A stretch of DNA of 64,000 nucleotides, from NCBI RefSeq assembly GCF_004010195.1, contig NC_057718.1, positions 71,722,433 to 71,786,432 of the forward strand, given 5' to 3'. Positions 14,341 to 27,599 of the stretch are shown one piece after another. Numbering within the stretch: position 1 is the first letter of the stretch; each line of letters opens with the position of its first letter. The stretch is from Chiloscyllium plagiosum (lineage: Eukaryota). The position numbers and the translations under genes were made by a program. The notes under the pieces are model-generated. The model was not told the origin of the DNA. It was given only the letters and a program-made list of their open reading frames with translations, and did not search any database.

Positions 14341-15104
14341 TGCCCCACCATGTCTATGCCAGCCAACAAACACCATGACTACACTAATTTCATTTGCCTT
14401 TGCTTAGTCATATCCTACGTTGTCCTATCCAGATGCTTCTGAAATGTTGCAAGAGGACCTGTCTTCATTACCTTCTCAGGGCAGCATATTCCATATTTCT
14501 GCCATGCTTCACATTTTGAAAACATTTTTCCCTGATCTCCTCTGAAGCACTTCCATCACATCTTAAATTTGTACCATTCAGCTTTAGACACATCTACCAC
14601 GAGCAAATATTTCTCATCATCTGCCTCTCATAATTTTGCATACCTTTGACACAGCCTCCTCTATCCTTGGAATCTCCTTCATTTTTGCACATCTGCTAAT
14701 GCTGGAATAATCTTGTAGATGACTTCTCCCTTTACAAAATTTTCTCATTTGTTTTTCATTCCTGATTTTAGCCACTTTCAATATTACCTCTGTGCAAACT
14801 ATAGTAAAATGGATTCTGCACTGAGTGAAAAACCTTCCTGAAAAACATAAACTCGTGTATCAAGGCAGTGAATGTAGAAAATAGGAGCAGAGGTTAAGCC
14901 ATTTGGCCTTCAAACCTTCTTTCCCATTCAATGATCATGGTTGATAATCCAACTGGATACCATGTTCTCACGTTCTCCCCATACCCTTTGAGTCCTTTAA
15001 CCCAAAGGGCTACATCTAACTCCTTGAAAAGATTCAGTGTTTTGGCCTCAAGCACATTCCTTAGCAGAGAATTCCACCACTCTCATCTCAGTGCTAAATG
15101 GATA

Positions 15105-16225
15105 AAAACAAGGACTGCAGATGCTGGAAACCAGAGTGGTGTTGGAAAAGCACACCAGGTCAGGCAGCATCCGAGGAGCAGGAAAATCGATGTTTCGAGC
15201 AAAAGCTCTTCATCAGCAATAGAAGCAGAGTGCCTGCAGAGTGGAGAGATACATGAGAGGGGGGTGGGGGTGGGGAGAAAGTAGCATGGGGGTGGGGATG
15301 GAGCNNNNNNNNNNNNNNNNNNNNNNNNNNNNNNNNNNNNNNNNNNNNNNNNNNNNNNNNNNNNNNNNNNNNNNNNNNNNNNNNNNNNNNNNNNNNNNNN
15401 NNNNNNNNNNNNNNNNNNNNNNNNNNNNNNNNNNNNNNNNNNNNNNNNNNNNNNNNNNNNNNNNNNNNNNNNNNNNNNNNNNNNNNNNNNNNNNNNNNNN
15501 NNNNNNNNNNNNNNNNNNNNNNNNNNNNNNNNNNNNNNNNNNNNNNNNNNNNNNNNNNNNNNNNNNNNNNNNNNNNNNNNTTTTTTGGAGCCTTAGATGG
15601 ACGTGAGGAAGGAGGTGTGGGCGCAGGTTACAATTCCTGTGGTGATAGGGGAGGGTTCCAGGAAGGGAGGGTGGGTTGTTGGGTCGAGGACCTGACCATT
15701 TAGTCACGGAGCAAATGGTCTTTGCAGGAAGCGGAACTGGGTGGGAAGGGAAATATATCTCGGGTGGTGGGGTCCATTTGGAGGTGTCGGAAATGTTTTC
15801 AGATGATGTGGTTTATGTGAAGGTTGGTAGGTTGGAAGGTGAGCACCATGGGGTTCTGTCCTTGTTACGGTTGGAGGGGTGGGGTTTGAGGACAGAGCGG
15901 TGTGGTGTGGACGAGATGCATTGGAGGCCATCTTTAACTATGTGGGAAGGGAAATTACGATCTCTAAAGAAGGAGGCCATCTGGTGTGTTCGATGGTGCT
16001 CAAGGCCATCTGGTGTGTTCTGTGGTGGAACTGGTCCTCCTGGGAGTAGATACAGCGGAGGCAGAGGAATTTGGAATACGGGATGGCATTTTTGCAGGAG
16101 GTAGGGTGGGAAGAGGTGTAATCCAGGTAGCTGTGGGAGTCGGTGGGTTTGTAAAAAATGTCAGTGGCAAGTCGGTCGTCATTAATGGAGATGGAGAGGT
16201 CCAGGAAGGGGAGGGACGTGTCAGA
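15105..16225 (-). mobile_element. Penelope-like element (same family), spanning the N gap 15305-15580
   Basis: Terminal repeat gctggaaaagcac..aggtcaggcagcatcc with hammerhead core at 15189-15216; RT C-terminal sequence (KPTDSHSYLDY) on -. Confidence 0.8.
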
Positions 16226-16356
16226 GAATTTGTCAAAATTCCAGTGAATTTATTCCTAACTGATCCAGATTTTCTTTGTACATCAATCCTGCATTCCTGC
16301 AAATTGGCCGTTGTTGCAATTTCTGCATAGCCAGAACATGCTTCCTCAGGTAAGGT

Positions 16357-16485
16357 TAGAGACAAAAAAAAGCTGCAAATGCTGGACTCCCAAATTCAGG
16401 ACTAAAGAAGGGTTTGACCCGAAATGTAGACTTCTCCACCTTCTGAAGCTACCTGGCTTGCTGTGTTCTTCCAGCCTCCTGCCTG
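16357..16485. mobile_element. Short rearranged PLE-derived insertion with 14-bp TSD
   Basis: TCCTCAGGTAAGGT at 16343-16356 and 16486-16499; interior made of PLE terminal-repeat pieces in opposite orientations. Confidence 0.8.
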
Positions 16486-16683
16486 TCCTCAGGTAAGGTA
16501 ACCAAAATTGCACACAGTGCTCCAAATTAATACATTTTATCTTTTGGCTTGACATAAATGGGATGTGATGTAGATCTTAGTTTTCATGTGAAAAGGACTC
16601 TAATGACCCTATACAAAAGTCTACCTCAAAATGATTACAGGAGTGTTTTGTGTTAGCTTTTGCTTGTAAATAACTGGACATAG

Positions 16684-16827
<144 letters not shown>

Positions 16828-16869
16828 TGATGCATCTTTCCTTTAACCCTGGTCATTTTCATCACTTGA

Positions 16870-17202
<333 letters not shown>

Positions 17203-17984
17203 TAATTCTGTTAGGAAATCAGTAGGAAGTCTATTCTTTTAGAAAACTGAAACCATTTAATTTACAAGGAGATCAGTCCTTAGTTTTCCAATTTCTTCAG
17301 TCCTTATCAAAATCTCTCAAAGTTGGTAACACCTGGTTAATCTTTTCTATATCATTTATAAATTTCCAAACTGTAGTTCCCAGGATTGCCCAGTTGAGGC
17401 TTAACCATTGATTCATAAAGCTCTCTCTGCTTTAATATGCTGTACCTCTGTTTAATAAATCCAAATAGTTTATGTGTTGCTTAACCATCTTTAAGAATTT
17501 GCGTATATGGTGACTGCGATCTCTACTCACCTGCACTTTTCGAAATTATGCATTTTAGCCATCTTTCATATTGGTCATGTTAAGGCAACTTAGGCGCTGT
17601 GGTATGGCAACTTAAGTGTTACATTGTGGCGACTTTGTTTTGTAAACAATACAAGTGACAATAATGACTCTTCTATTCAAGTCTTTTGAAAATGTATCAC
17701 TTCACACTCTTCACATTGAACTCCACCGTCATTTCATCATCTCTGTGTCATCCATAAGCTATAAACTTTCATCCTCACTATCTACTGCTTTTCTTGCTAT
17801 AGTTGAGACTGAGTCATTCATAAAATTTGAGAAGATTAAAATTAATCCTTGAGGAACATCACTACAAATCACTACTCCGAGAAATTTCAGTTCATCTTTG
17901 TCTCTTGCACTGATAGGCTTTTATATCTAAGCCAGAAACAGAAAATGCTGGAGAACCCCAACAGTTCTGAAGAGTCATATTAAT

Positions 17985-18440
17985 GAAACTGGGATACTAC
18001 CAGCAAATCTAACATCATTTACAAAATACCATGCAAGAACTGTAAAAACCACTACATTGGACAAACAAGCTGGAAACTTGCCACCAGGATACATGAACAC
18101 CAACTAGCCACCAAAAGACACTACCCACTATCACTAGTTTCCCTACATACAGACTATAATGGACACCACTTTGACTGAGACATCACACATATCCTAGGAC
18201 AGGCAAAACAAAGACACACACAAGAATTCTTAGAGGCATGGCATTCTAACCAGAACTCAATCAATAAATTCTCTTGGAAAAAAAAGAACTAGAAATTACA
18301 TCACCCATCCTAAGAAACCAAGACCTATAAATAGAAAGTTGGGATATACCACCAGCGCTTCACTGGAGACTCTCAGTGATGATGTTACCTAGCAGGGTGA
18401 TGGAACGTCTGAAAACAAATCTTCGAGCTCAGCGAGCCTT
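17985..18440 (+). mobile_element. Penelope-like element, second family (GIY-YIG endonuclease end)
   Basis: IIYKIPCKNCKNHYIGQTSWKLATRIHEHQLATKRH; same family as 49921-51267 and 54760-55570. Confidence 0.85.
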
Positions 18441-19069
18441 ATTTATATACTGGACTAAAAATGTTAACTCTTTCTTTCTCCACAGATGCAGTCACACCTT
18501 CAATATTTTCTGTTTTTATTTCAGATGACCAGAATCTGTAGTATTTCGCTTTCATACCTATACCACTACTTCCCCATAATTCTACGTGCTTTTATCTTTT
18601 TACAAGTCCCTTTGTTGATTGCCTTCCAAAGTTCTTACATGCAGTATCTACAGATCTAACTTGATCAATATTCTGTATTATCCTATCAAATAATTTATTG
18701 GAGTTTGTGATTTACAATTTGAATTTAACAAATCTTGGATTAACCATGCCTCTCTATAGACCAGGTTTCTGTACTTCTTATCAGAAGTAAATAGATTCTA
18801 AGTACAGTTTAGAATTTCCCCTTCCCGGCCCAATCCTACTGTGCATTGTGCCACTACTCTGCTGAATATGGCCTGTAAATGGGGCATGTCAAACCCAGGA
18901 AAGATGATGGTCGTTTCTGAGACATATGCTGTCAGGTCTGCTTTGGTTCAGGTAACTATGTTGCTTGACTAATCTGTGGGGCAGCTCAGTCTTGGCACAA
19001 GTCGTACTGAGGTTGATTTTCAATGGTCAGCAGGGTTGGGGTCGGCATTGTCATTTCCAGTGCTCAAGT

Positions 19070-22000
19070 TGCAGTAATTGTAATGAGGTCAGCCAGGTAG
19101 ACCTCATAGAATATGAGTACCCCTATTGGGGCTTTGAATCTGGTCCAATCGGGAAGCCTTGCTAACAGATGCAAACAAGATTTTCAGAAGTTCTGTTCAC
19201 TCTGAGAGCTTGCTCTGAGGCAGCTGGATCAGTATCGAGGACTTTCCATGTGTAAGTAAAGGAAAAGGTGTTTGTGGAATTATTTCAGTGGTGACAAATG
19301 AAAAACATAGTCCTAACTGAACAGTCAAATTTTGAGTTGGGGCGAGCAGTTCTGGCTTGGTACCATTATTATTTGGGAAGCTTGACTCGTTTGATCCTGC
19401 TGTTGAAAATTGGCCCAATATGTGGGAAGAATGCCTTATTTTCTTTAGGCAAATGACATTGGGACAGATGGAAAGCCATGAGTAATTCACTAAACAGCTT
19501 GTGGACCCGCAACGTTTTCAGTTATTAGGGCCCTAAATTTCCCTGAGGCACCAAATACTAAAACCTTGCAAGAATTGACAGATTTAGTTAAGGAATATCA
19601 TGAATCCAAGCCTCCTGTAATTCTGAGATACTATGGATTTTACTTGGCAATTTGAGAACCAGACGAGTCTGTATTGAGATTTTTGACTAGATTAAGGTGA
19701 CTGACAGAGGTTGTTTTAACCTTCAATGAGATGCTGAGTGACCATTTGGTATGTGGGAGAAGTGGTGTAACCATGCCCATTAGCTGAAGTTCAAACTGGT
19801 ATTACAACTAGCTTTAAAAGTGGAAGATGCAGCAAATGGAGCATATGGGTTACAGGTTCAGTAAAACTTGGGAACACCACTTGAATGAAGGCACAAGCTC
19901 ACTCAGGTCATATCCTAAACAAAGGGACTCTAGGTCAATCCACAGAGCAAAACCCCAAAACAAAACCAAGCCTTGACCAAATGATTAAAATTTTCTTCAG
20001 GATCTGGGCCAGCAAGCCATTGAAGTTGCTGCTGGTATGCAGATTCAAGACAGCAAAAGAGTTCCACTAGACCTAATGGAGTAAGAGAACTCATAGGATG
20101 GTATCCAGGAGTGTGCACACTCTGGAAAGTCCACCTTTGATTTGGACCATTCAAATTGCTTAGCAACATCCAAATCAAACCAATCAAAATAAACATCTAG
20201 TTAAATGGTCCAATAGACCCTATTCTAATAGAGGTCGATACCAATATGGCCCTTTCAGTGATCGCAGAACCATTCTTTAACAAAATTCTCTCTGGACTCT
20301 AATCCTTACGTTTACGCAAGACCTCAGCTGGAGAACCTATACTGGGGAACCTTTGCAGATTAAGGGTACAACTTCCATTCTGATTTCTTCTGAGAAACAT
20401 CTGGTTCAGTAGAAGGCTTGGGCTAAGGCTGATGGGGCAAAATTGGTTGAGAAAGATTAACCTGGATTTTTCAATTAGAAAATGGTTACCTGAGTGAAGT
20501 CCTAATTAAATATCAGGAAAGTCTAGGGGCTCTCAAAGGAGCCAAGACCACCTTGCCTGTTGACCAAGAAGCAATTTCACAATTCTGCAAGGTCTGTGCA
20601 GTGACATTCGCCTTATGGACAAAAATACAGGCAGAAATTCGAAGTTTGTAAAGCGAAGGAATAATCACACCAGTCCAGCTTGCGGAATGGGCAGCACCGT
20701 TCTACCAATTGTGAATCCCAACGAGTCAGTTCGCCTTTGTGGGGATTTTAAACAAACAGTAATCAATTTTTTATGACTGGTTAAGTACCCAATCTGTTTC
20801 ATAGAGGATTTATGTGCAAAGCTGGCAGGAAGGCAGAAAGCTGGACATGAGCCATGTGTACTTGCAGATGCAATTGGATGAGGATTCCCAGCAATTAATA
20901 TCCATAAGGGTTTTCACTAATATATGAGACTGGCATTTTGGGTATTGTCAGCCTGTGCAATTTTTCAACGGATGATGGAGAACATTTTGCAAGGTCTACC
21001 ATAGGTCACTATTTATCTTGATGACATGCTAATAACAGGGGAAGCCAATATGGAGCACCTAGAGAATTTGGACATAGACTTTAAACATTTATCCCAGGCC
21101 AACTTTCACCTTGGAAGGGTAAAATGTGTACTTGGGCTACAGAGTTGATAAGATTGGGTTACATCCATTGGAGAATATAGTGAAAGTGATCAGAGGAGCC
21201 CTGGCACCCACATCTCTCCTGGAACTTAGGTCTTTCTTTGGGCTGGTGAAGTATTGTGGAAAGTTCATGCATAACCTGGCCTCCATTATGGCACTTTTGC
21301 ATCAACTCTTAAAAAAGGTCAGACTTCGAAATGAATGCAAAGCAAAGCCTTAACTTTCAGAGAAGTGAAGAAACAGCTATCCTCCTCTACAGTGTTGGCA
21401 TACTATGATCCAGAGTGAGATCTGGTATTGAAATGCGATGACCTCTTGTATGGCATATAAGCTCATAGCTGGCCCAGTGAAGAGTACACATTAGCTCAAT
21501 AGAGTACACATATGGACTTTGGCTAATGCAGGACAAAAAGTATGCCCCCAGACAGAGGAAGTTTTGACAGTCATATTTGGAGTCAGGATGTTCTACCAAT
21601 ACTTTTACAGTTGCAGGTTTGTAATATTATGGACCGAAAATCTCTGGAAGGTCTACTTAAAGAGGACAAGTCAGTGCTGCCAATAGGTTGAGATAGAATT
21701 GAGCGGTAGGCTGTAACACTAAGTGCGTATAAATACAGGTTGGAACACCATCTGGAAATCCAATGTCAAATGTGAATGTATTGAACTGCCTCCCATTAGC
21801 AGATGAACTGCTGGTGGTACTGCCGTTGGAAGAGTCTGTTCGGTTTTAAATTTTGCAGTCACTGATGACAATATCAGACTTTGGACGCAGAAAAGTTTGC
21901 TCCTGGCAAAACTGAAACAGCTGGTGGTGATGGGGGAAGCCAAAGAATTGAAAACATTTTGGACCTGGAGAGATCAGATCATGATATTACTATGTGGAGC

Positions 22001-22970
22001 TACAGTGGTTGTCCTGAGCAAAGGTCGCTGCAGGAACTCCACCAGGATCATCCAGGGGTTTCCAAAATGAAGATGTTAGCAAGATGTTCTATGTTCTCTG
22101 TTCTAAATTAGATGGCAAACTGTCTATAGCAGCTGCAACCTATTTGGATGCTGCGGCATGTGGATTAGCAGTCACTTTGGTCAAGGCTGGGTTCTATTTC
22201 CCAGTATGCTTTAATCATTGTTCATCTTTTGTGACTCCATGGTAAGTTTATTATTGTCCATCAGAAGTTCATTATTTCGGATGGTCCTTCTGGCCACAGG
22301 AGGGCAAAACACATCAAGAACACCAATGTCGGACATAAAACTCTGTACGGTGGTGAAGAGACAGTTTACTTCAGGGAACAGAGTTTTATGTAGGAACCAG
22401 GAGAGTGATTCTGCATGGGTAAGAGACATGGTCAATGTGAAGTCACATCCAGTGCCATATGAAGTTGGGGTAGGTGTGATGATCCTGAACAAGCACATGA
22501 CCATATGAAAGCTGCAAATTCGCAAACCAAGTGGGAGCAAAACATACCTAGCACCTGCACTGGCATTCCAACTGTTCCAGAACCTGTGGGCTTTCCCTAA
22601 CCATCAAACGTTGAAGATATCTCGGAATTTGAGATGGACCAGGCGGATGTCGCCGCCTCAACAGTTTTGCTGCCTGAAGAGGAGAATGAATTTCTTTTGA
22701 GATGCTCCAGGTGCAAAATGTAAGCCACTATGCATTACACTCCGCAGGCAGAGTTGGAGGAGGAGCTACAAAACAAGAAGAATAACAGGGGGAGGAATGT
22801 AGTGATTATAACAAGATCAGCCAAGTGGACATCATAGAATATGAATTCCCTTTTTTGGGCTATTAATCTGTTCCAATCGGTGCCCTAGCTTACAGATACA
22901 AATGGAGTGTCAGTGGTTCTGTTCACTGTGAGAGCTGGCTCTAAGGAAGTTAGATCAGTGTCAAGGATTT
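19070..22970 (+). mobile_element. Degenerate Gypsy (probably Mag-like) LTR retrotransposon with both LTRs
   Basis: 5' LTR 19070-19287 (TG..CA) followed by a PBS-like TGGTGAC. Remnants of gag LFGKLDSFDPAVENW, protease-like IEVDT, RT VTIYLDDMLITG (about 21004), ELRSFFGLVKY, integrase start LQELHQDHPGVSKMKMLAR. PPT AGGGGGAGGAA 22787-22797; 3' LTR from 22798 aligns with the 5' LTR. Confidence 0.88.
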
Positions 22971-23786
22971 TTGCTGGGTGGTTCATCCCGTTTCATTTGT
23001 TTCTGACCTTGCAGCAATTTAATATCACTTAGTGGCTAACAGGCTTTCAAAAGGCATGTAAAAGTCAACCACGTTGTTTTTGGTTTGGGCTCATACATAG
23101 GCTAGACTAGTTAGAACATGTTTCGTTTCCTTGAGGCATTAGTCAATCAGATAGATTTTTACAACAATGAATTCAGGGTAGCTGTTACTGAGACAAGCTT
23201 TTAATTCCAGATTTTTAATGCATATAATTTAAATTCCATCAGCTACAACAGTGGAATTTGAACCTTTTGTCCCAGTGCCTTTGGATTACTAGTCAATTAA
23301 CATTACCCTTGTATATGTTACCAACAAAATCAAGAATCTAATATAGTCGCAAAAAAGACTGTATATCACTGTGACCATTTGCAACTCAATATATGTTTGT
23401 AAGTATACATTTCTTCTTGTCCAATTTCTTAACTCCATGAGCTGTGTGCACACCAACCTGTCTTGATTTAATGTTTCTGTCACACATTCTGTGATTGGCT
23501 TGGTGTTTTGGTCAAGAAACAAGTAGCTGAGAATAAGAGATGTGACATTGTGAAAATAGTTCTTCCAACAGCTTAATTCTGCTCCTGTACTATATATACT
23601 GATTTTATCACCTTTTTGCTGTTATCACCCATGATGATAATTAATTTGCCATTCAAGTATTCCCACAAACAAATCTACAAGACATTGCACCAAAAGATTT
23701 GTTTTTTCAAAGTCTGGTGGAATACAAATTATGTTCAACTACTGCTAAACCATGGTTTTAATTTACTGACATCCTAAATTTACTAG

Positions 23787-23927
<141 letters not shown>

Positions 23928-25286
23928 TGAGATGGCGTACTTGGGAAAAAGCACATATTAGAAATTAAGAATTGTAGAAGCTATATATTCAAGCAGGTTG
24001 AAAGGCGTTTGTGTCATGATCCCTCTACAGTCTGCAGCCTATACACTGTGTATTCCCTTAAAGACTGCCACCTAAGTCATCTATGCTTCTCATTGAGCAG
24101 TTGATTTGTCAGGTGCAACAAGCTCCATGAAATATGGAGGGAGTGTCGTTGCCAGTATCAAAAACAGACTCGTCTTTCAAACAACCCTGATGTATTTTTT
24201 GTCCAAAACATCAGAGAATATCACAGCTCCATTGCATGATAATTTTAGCTTTGGATGTTTAAGATCTTTTTATATTTGATCTTTGCTCAGGTTCTCGACT
24301 TTCCATGACTGCTCATAGAAGGTGCCAGATCATATTGGAGAATGGCTGCAAGATCATTAATTGTCCTCTGTTCTCTCCCTCAATCAAATGCTATTTCTTC
24401 AACTGAGAGTCGGGCTGACTTTTAAAATTGGGGTATTGCAACAAAGCCACCTAATGTTCATACATTTGTTTTTAAATCAAGGACGGTTCATGTATTAGAG
24501 AGAAGAAATTACTCTTTTTTTGTCACCAGCACTCTTCTTAATGGCTGAGGTCAGTTGTCCATATGGAATTGTGTTTAGCTAACGTAGCCCAGATTATGCA
24601 TTGGAGTTTATGCTGTAGACTGCACAGGGAAACACCTTGCTTTAATTTAGAATCATAGAAACATTTACAGCAAGGAATTGTTTTTTTTTCCACATTGAGT
24701 CCATGTTGGTTCTCCATGAAGCAATCCAGTCAGTCTCAGATTTAGTTAATTAAAATGCCCATCCATTTTCCTTTTGAAATTGTTGATTATTTCTGTTTTC
24801 TCCAAACTCAGAGGCAGTATGTTCTCTGTCATTACCTCTTACTGTGCAAAAGATTCCTTCTCAAATTCACTTTGCATTTCTTGTCAGTCTTAAATGCGTG
24901 TCCTTAGCACTCGTATGACCAACTAATGGGAACAATTTTTTTTGTCTATGTCCAAATTTGTTGTAATCAAATCAAACGCTTCCATCAAATTTGCCCTCAA
25001 GTTTTTTTAAGCCAAGAAGACAAAAGCAACTTTTCCAACCTAATCTTGCAACAAAAATCTATGGATATTGAATCGTTCTGGTAAATCTCCCCTAGTATCT
25101 CTCAAGGATCTTCACATCGTTTATAAATTGGACCCTTGTGATGAGAATTGGGTGTAATACCCTACTTGGAGCCTTACCAGGCATTTTTAAAAGTTCAGCA
25201 TGATTTCCTTGTTTTTACAGTCAGTGCCTCTGTTTTATGAAGCCCAAAATCCCATTTGCTATCTGAACTGCCTTTAAAGATCTATG

Positions 25287-25492
25287 GTAGACAAACATAA
25301 GATAGAAGAACACAGCAAGCCAGGAGATGGAGAAGTCAACATTTCAGGTATAGCCCTTTTTGAGTCCTGAAGAAGGGTTGTTCTCAAAATGTTGACTTCT
25401 CAACCTCCTGATGCTGCCTTGCTTGCTGTGTTCTTTTAACCTCCTAGTTGTCTACTTTGAATTCTAGCATCTGCAACGTTTTTGTTTCTAAT
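25287..25492. mobile_element. Foldback PLE-derived mini-element with 15-bp TSD
   Basis: CTTTAAAGATCTATG at 25272-25286 and 25493-25507; inverted copies of the PLE terminal repeat around an agtc-CTGAAGAAGGG motif. Confidence 0.82.
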
Positions 25493-25629
25493 CTTTAAAG
25501 ATCTATGTGCATGCAATCCAGGTCCCTCGGTCCCTGAATAATCTTTGCCTTTTCCAATTCCTTCTGCTAAATGTATCACTTTGCATTTCTATGTATTAAA
25601 CTAGATTCACAGAGTAAATTCTAACTATG

Positions 25630-26140
25630 AAAAAAAGTGAGGACTGCAGATGCTGGAGATCAAAGTCGAAAAGTTTTTTTATATTCGTTCACAGGATGAG
25701 GGCGTTGGCCAGCATTTATTGCCATCCGTAATTGCCCAAAGGGCAGTTAAGAATTAAGCATATTGCTATGGATCTGGAGTCACATGTAAGCCAGCCCGGG
25801 TAAGGATGGCAAGATTCATTCCCTAAAGGACATTAGTGAACTGGTTGGGTTTTTTCAACAATTGACAATGGATTCATGGTCATCATTAGACTCTTCACTC
25901 CAGGTTTTACTGAGTTCAAATTGTACCATATGCTATGGTGGATTAACAGTCTAGCGATAATGCCACTAGGACATTGCTGGAAAAGCATAGTAGGTCAGGC
26001 AGCATCCAAGGTGCAGGAGAGTCAATGTTTTGGGCATAAAGCCCTTCAATCCTGATTGATGGGCTTACGCCTGAAACATTGACTCTCCTGCTCCTTAGAT
26101 GCTGCCTGACCTGCTGTGTTGTTCAGTGCCACATGTTTTG
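25630..26140. mobile_element. Foldback PLE-derived element interrupted by another SINE-like repeat (about 25680-25975)
   Basis: aaagtgaggactgcagatgctggagatc start and inverted gctggaaaagc..caggcagcatc / gatgctgcctgacctgctgtg arms, as in the 26564 element. Confidence 0.7.
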
Positions 26141-26563
26141 ACATTAAATTCCAGCTGCCCATTTTGATAGCTTACCTATGTTATACTGCAGGTTATTCAT
26201 GTAATCCTTACTGTTTGCCACTTGTCCACGTTTTGTATCAATGGCAAATATTGAAATTCCAATCTACATTCGAGGATTAAGTAATTAAAGAGAGAGCTAA
26301 GAAGAGCCAGGAGGAGACATGAGAAGTCTTTTGCGTATAAGATCAAGGAAAACCCTGCGGCTTTCTATAGCTATATCAGGAATAAAAGAATGACTAGAAT
26401 AAGGTTAAGGCCAATCAAACATAATGGTGGTAAGTTTTGCATGGAGGCATAGAAGAAGGAGAAGTGCTAACTGAATACTTTTCGTCAGTTTTCACTCCAG
26501 AAAAAGACAGTGTGGCCAAGGAGAATACTGAGATACAGGCTACCAGACTAGATCAGATTGAGG

Positions 26564-26756
26564 AGAAAGTGAGGTCTGCAGATGCTGGAGATCAGAGCTG
26601 GAAATGTGTTGCTGGAAAAGCGCAGCAGGTCAGGCAGCATCCAGGGAACAGGAGAATCGACGTTTCGGGAATTCCTGAAGAAGGGCTTATGCCCGAAACG
26701 TCGATTCTCCTGTTCCCTGGATGCTGCCTGACCTGCTGTGCTTTTCCAGCAACACA
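26564..26756. mobile_element. Young foldback PLE-derived mini-element (193 bp) with 15-bp TSD
   Basis: TAGATCAGATTGAGG at 26549-26563 and 26757-26771; 65-bp inverted arms 26605-26669 and 26692-26756 with one mismatch. Confidence 0.92.
26671..26707 (+). ncRNA. Minimal type I hammerhead ribozyme motif (PLE type)
   Basis: CUGAAGA(A)-GGGC-UUAU-GCCC-GAAAC-GUC: both core boxes, a 4-bp stem II, palindromic ACGU stem III and a GUC triplet. Stem I is weak and activity is unverified. Confidence 0.65.
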
Positions 26757-27599
26757 TAGATCAGATTGAGGTGCATAAGGAGGAGGTGTTAGCAATTCTG
26801 GAAAGTGTAAAAATAGATAAGTCCCCTGGGCCAGATGGGATTTATCCTGGAAAGCCAGGGAAGAGATTGCTGAGCCTTTGGCTTTGATTTTTATGTGATC
26901 ACTGTCAATAAGAAGAGTGCCAGAAGACTGGAGGATAGCAAATGTTTTTCCTTTGATGAAGAAGGGGAGTAGAGGCAACCCTGGAAATTATAGGTCAGCG
27001 AGCCTTACTTCGGTTGTGGGTAAAGTGTTGGAAAAGGTTATAAGAGAATTTATAATCATCAAGTGAGGAATAAGTTGATTAGGGATGGTCAACACGGTTT
27101 TGTGAATGGTAGGTCGTGCCTCACAAACCTTATAGAGTTCTTTGAGAAGGTGACCAAACAGATGGACGAGAGTAAAGCGGTTGATGTGCATATGGATTTC
27201 AGTAAGGTGTTTGATAAGGTTCCCCACGGTAGGCTATTGCACAAAATACAGAGGCATGGGAATGAGGGTGATTTAGCCATTTGGATCAGAAATTGGCGAG
27301 CGAAAAGAAGATTGATGGGTGGTTGATGGGAAATATTCATCCTGGAGTTCAGTTACTAGTAGTATACTACAAGGATCTGTTTTGGGCCCACAGTTGTTTG
27401 TCATTTTTATAAATGACCTGGATGAGAGTGTAGAAGGATTGGTTAGTAAATTTGCGATGACAATAAGGTTAGTAGAGTTGTGGATAGTGACGAAGGATGT
27501 TGTAGGTTACAGAGTGACATAGATAAGCTGCAGAGCTGGGCTGAGATGTGTCAAATGGAATTTAATATGGAAAGTGTGAAGTAATTCACTTTGGAATTC

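Larger units (their letters stand above)
26275..27596 (+). mobile_element. CR1 LINE ORF2 fragment, host of the 26564-26756 insertion
   Basis: [53 protein letters not shown]. Confidence 0.9.

Noticed and set aside
15974..16020. 18-bp direct repeat AGGCCATCTGGTGTGTTC
   Set aside because: Small slippage duplication inside a dead PLE with no sign of function.
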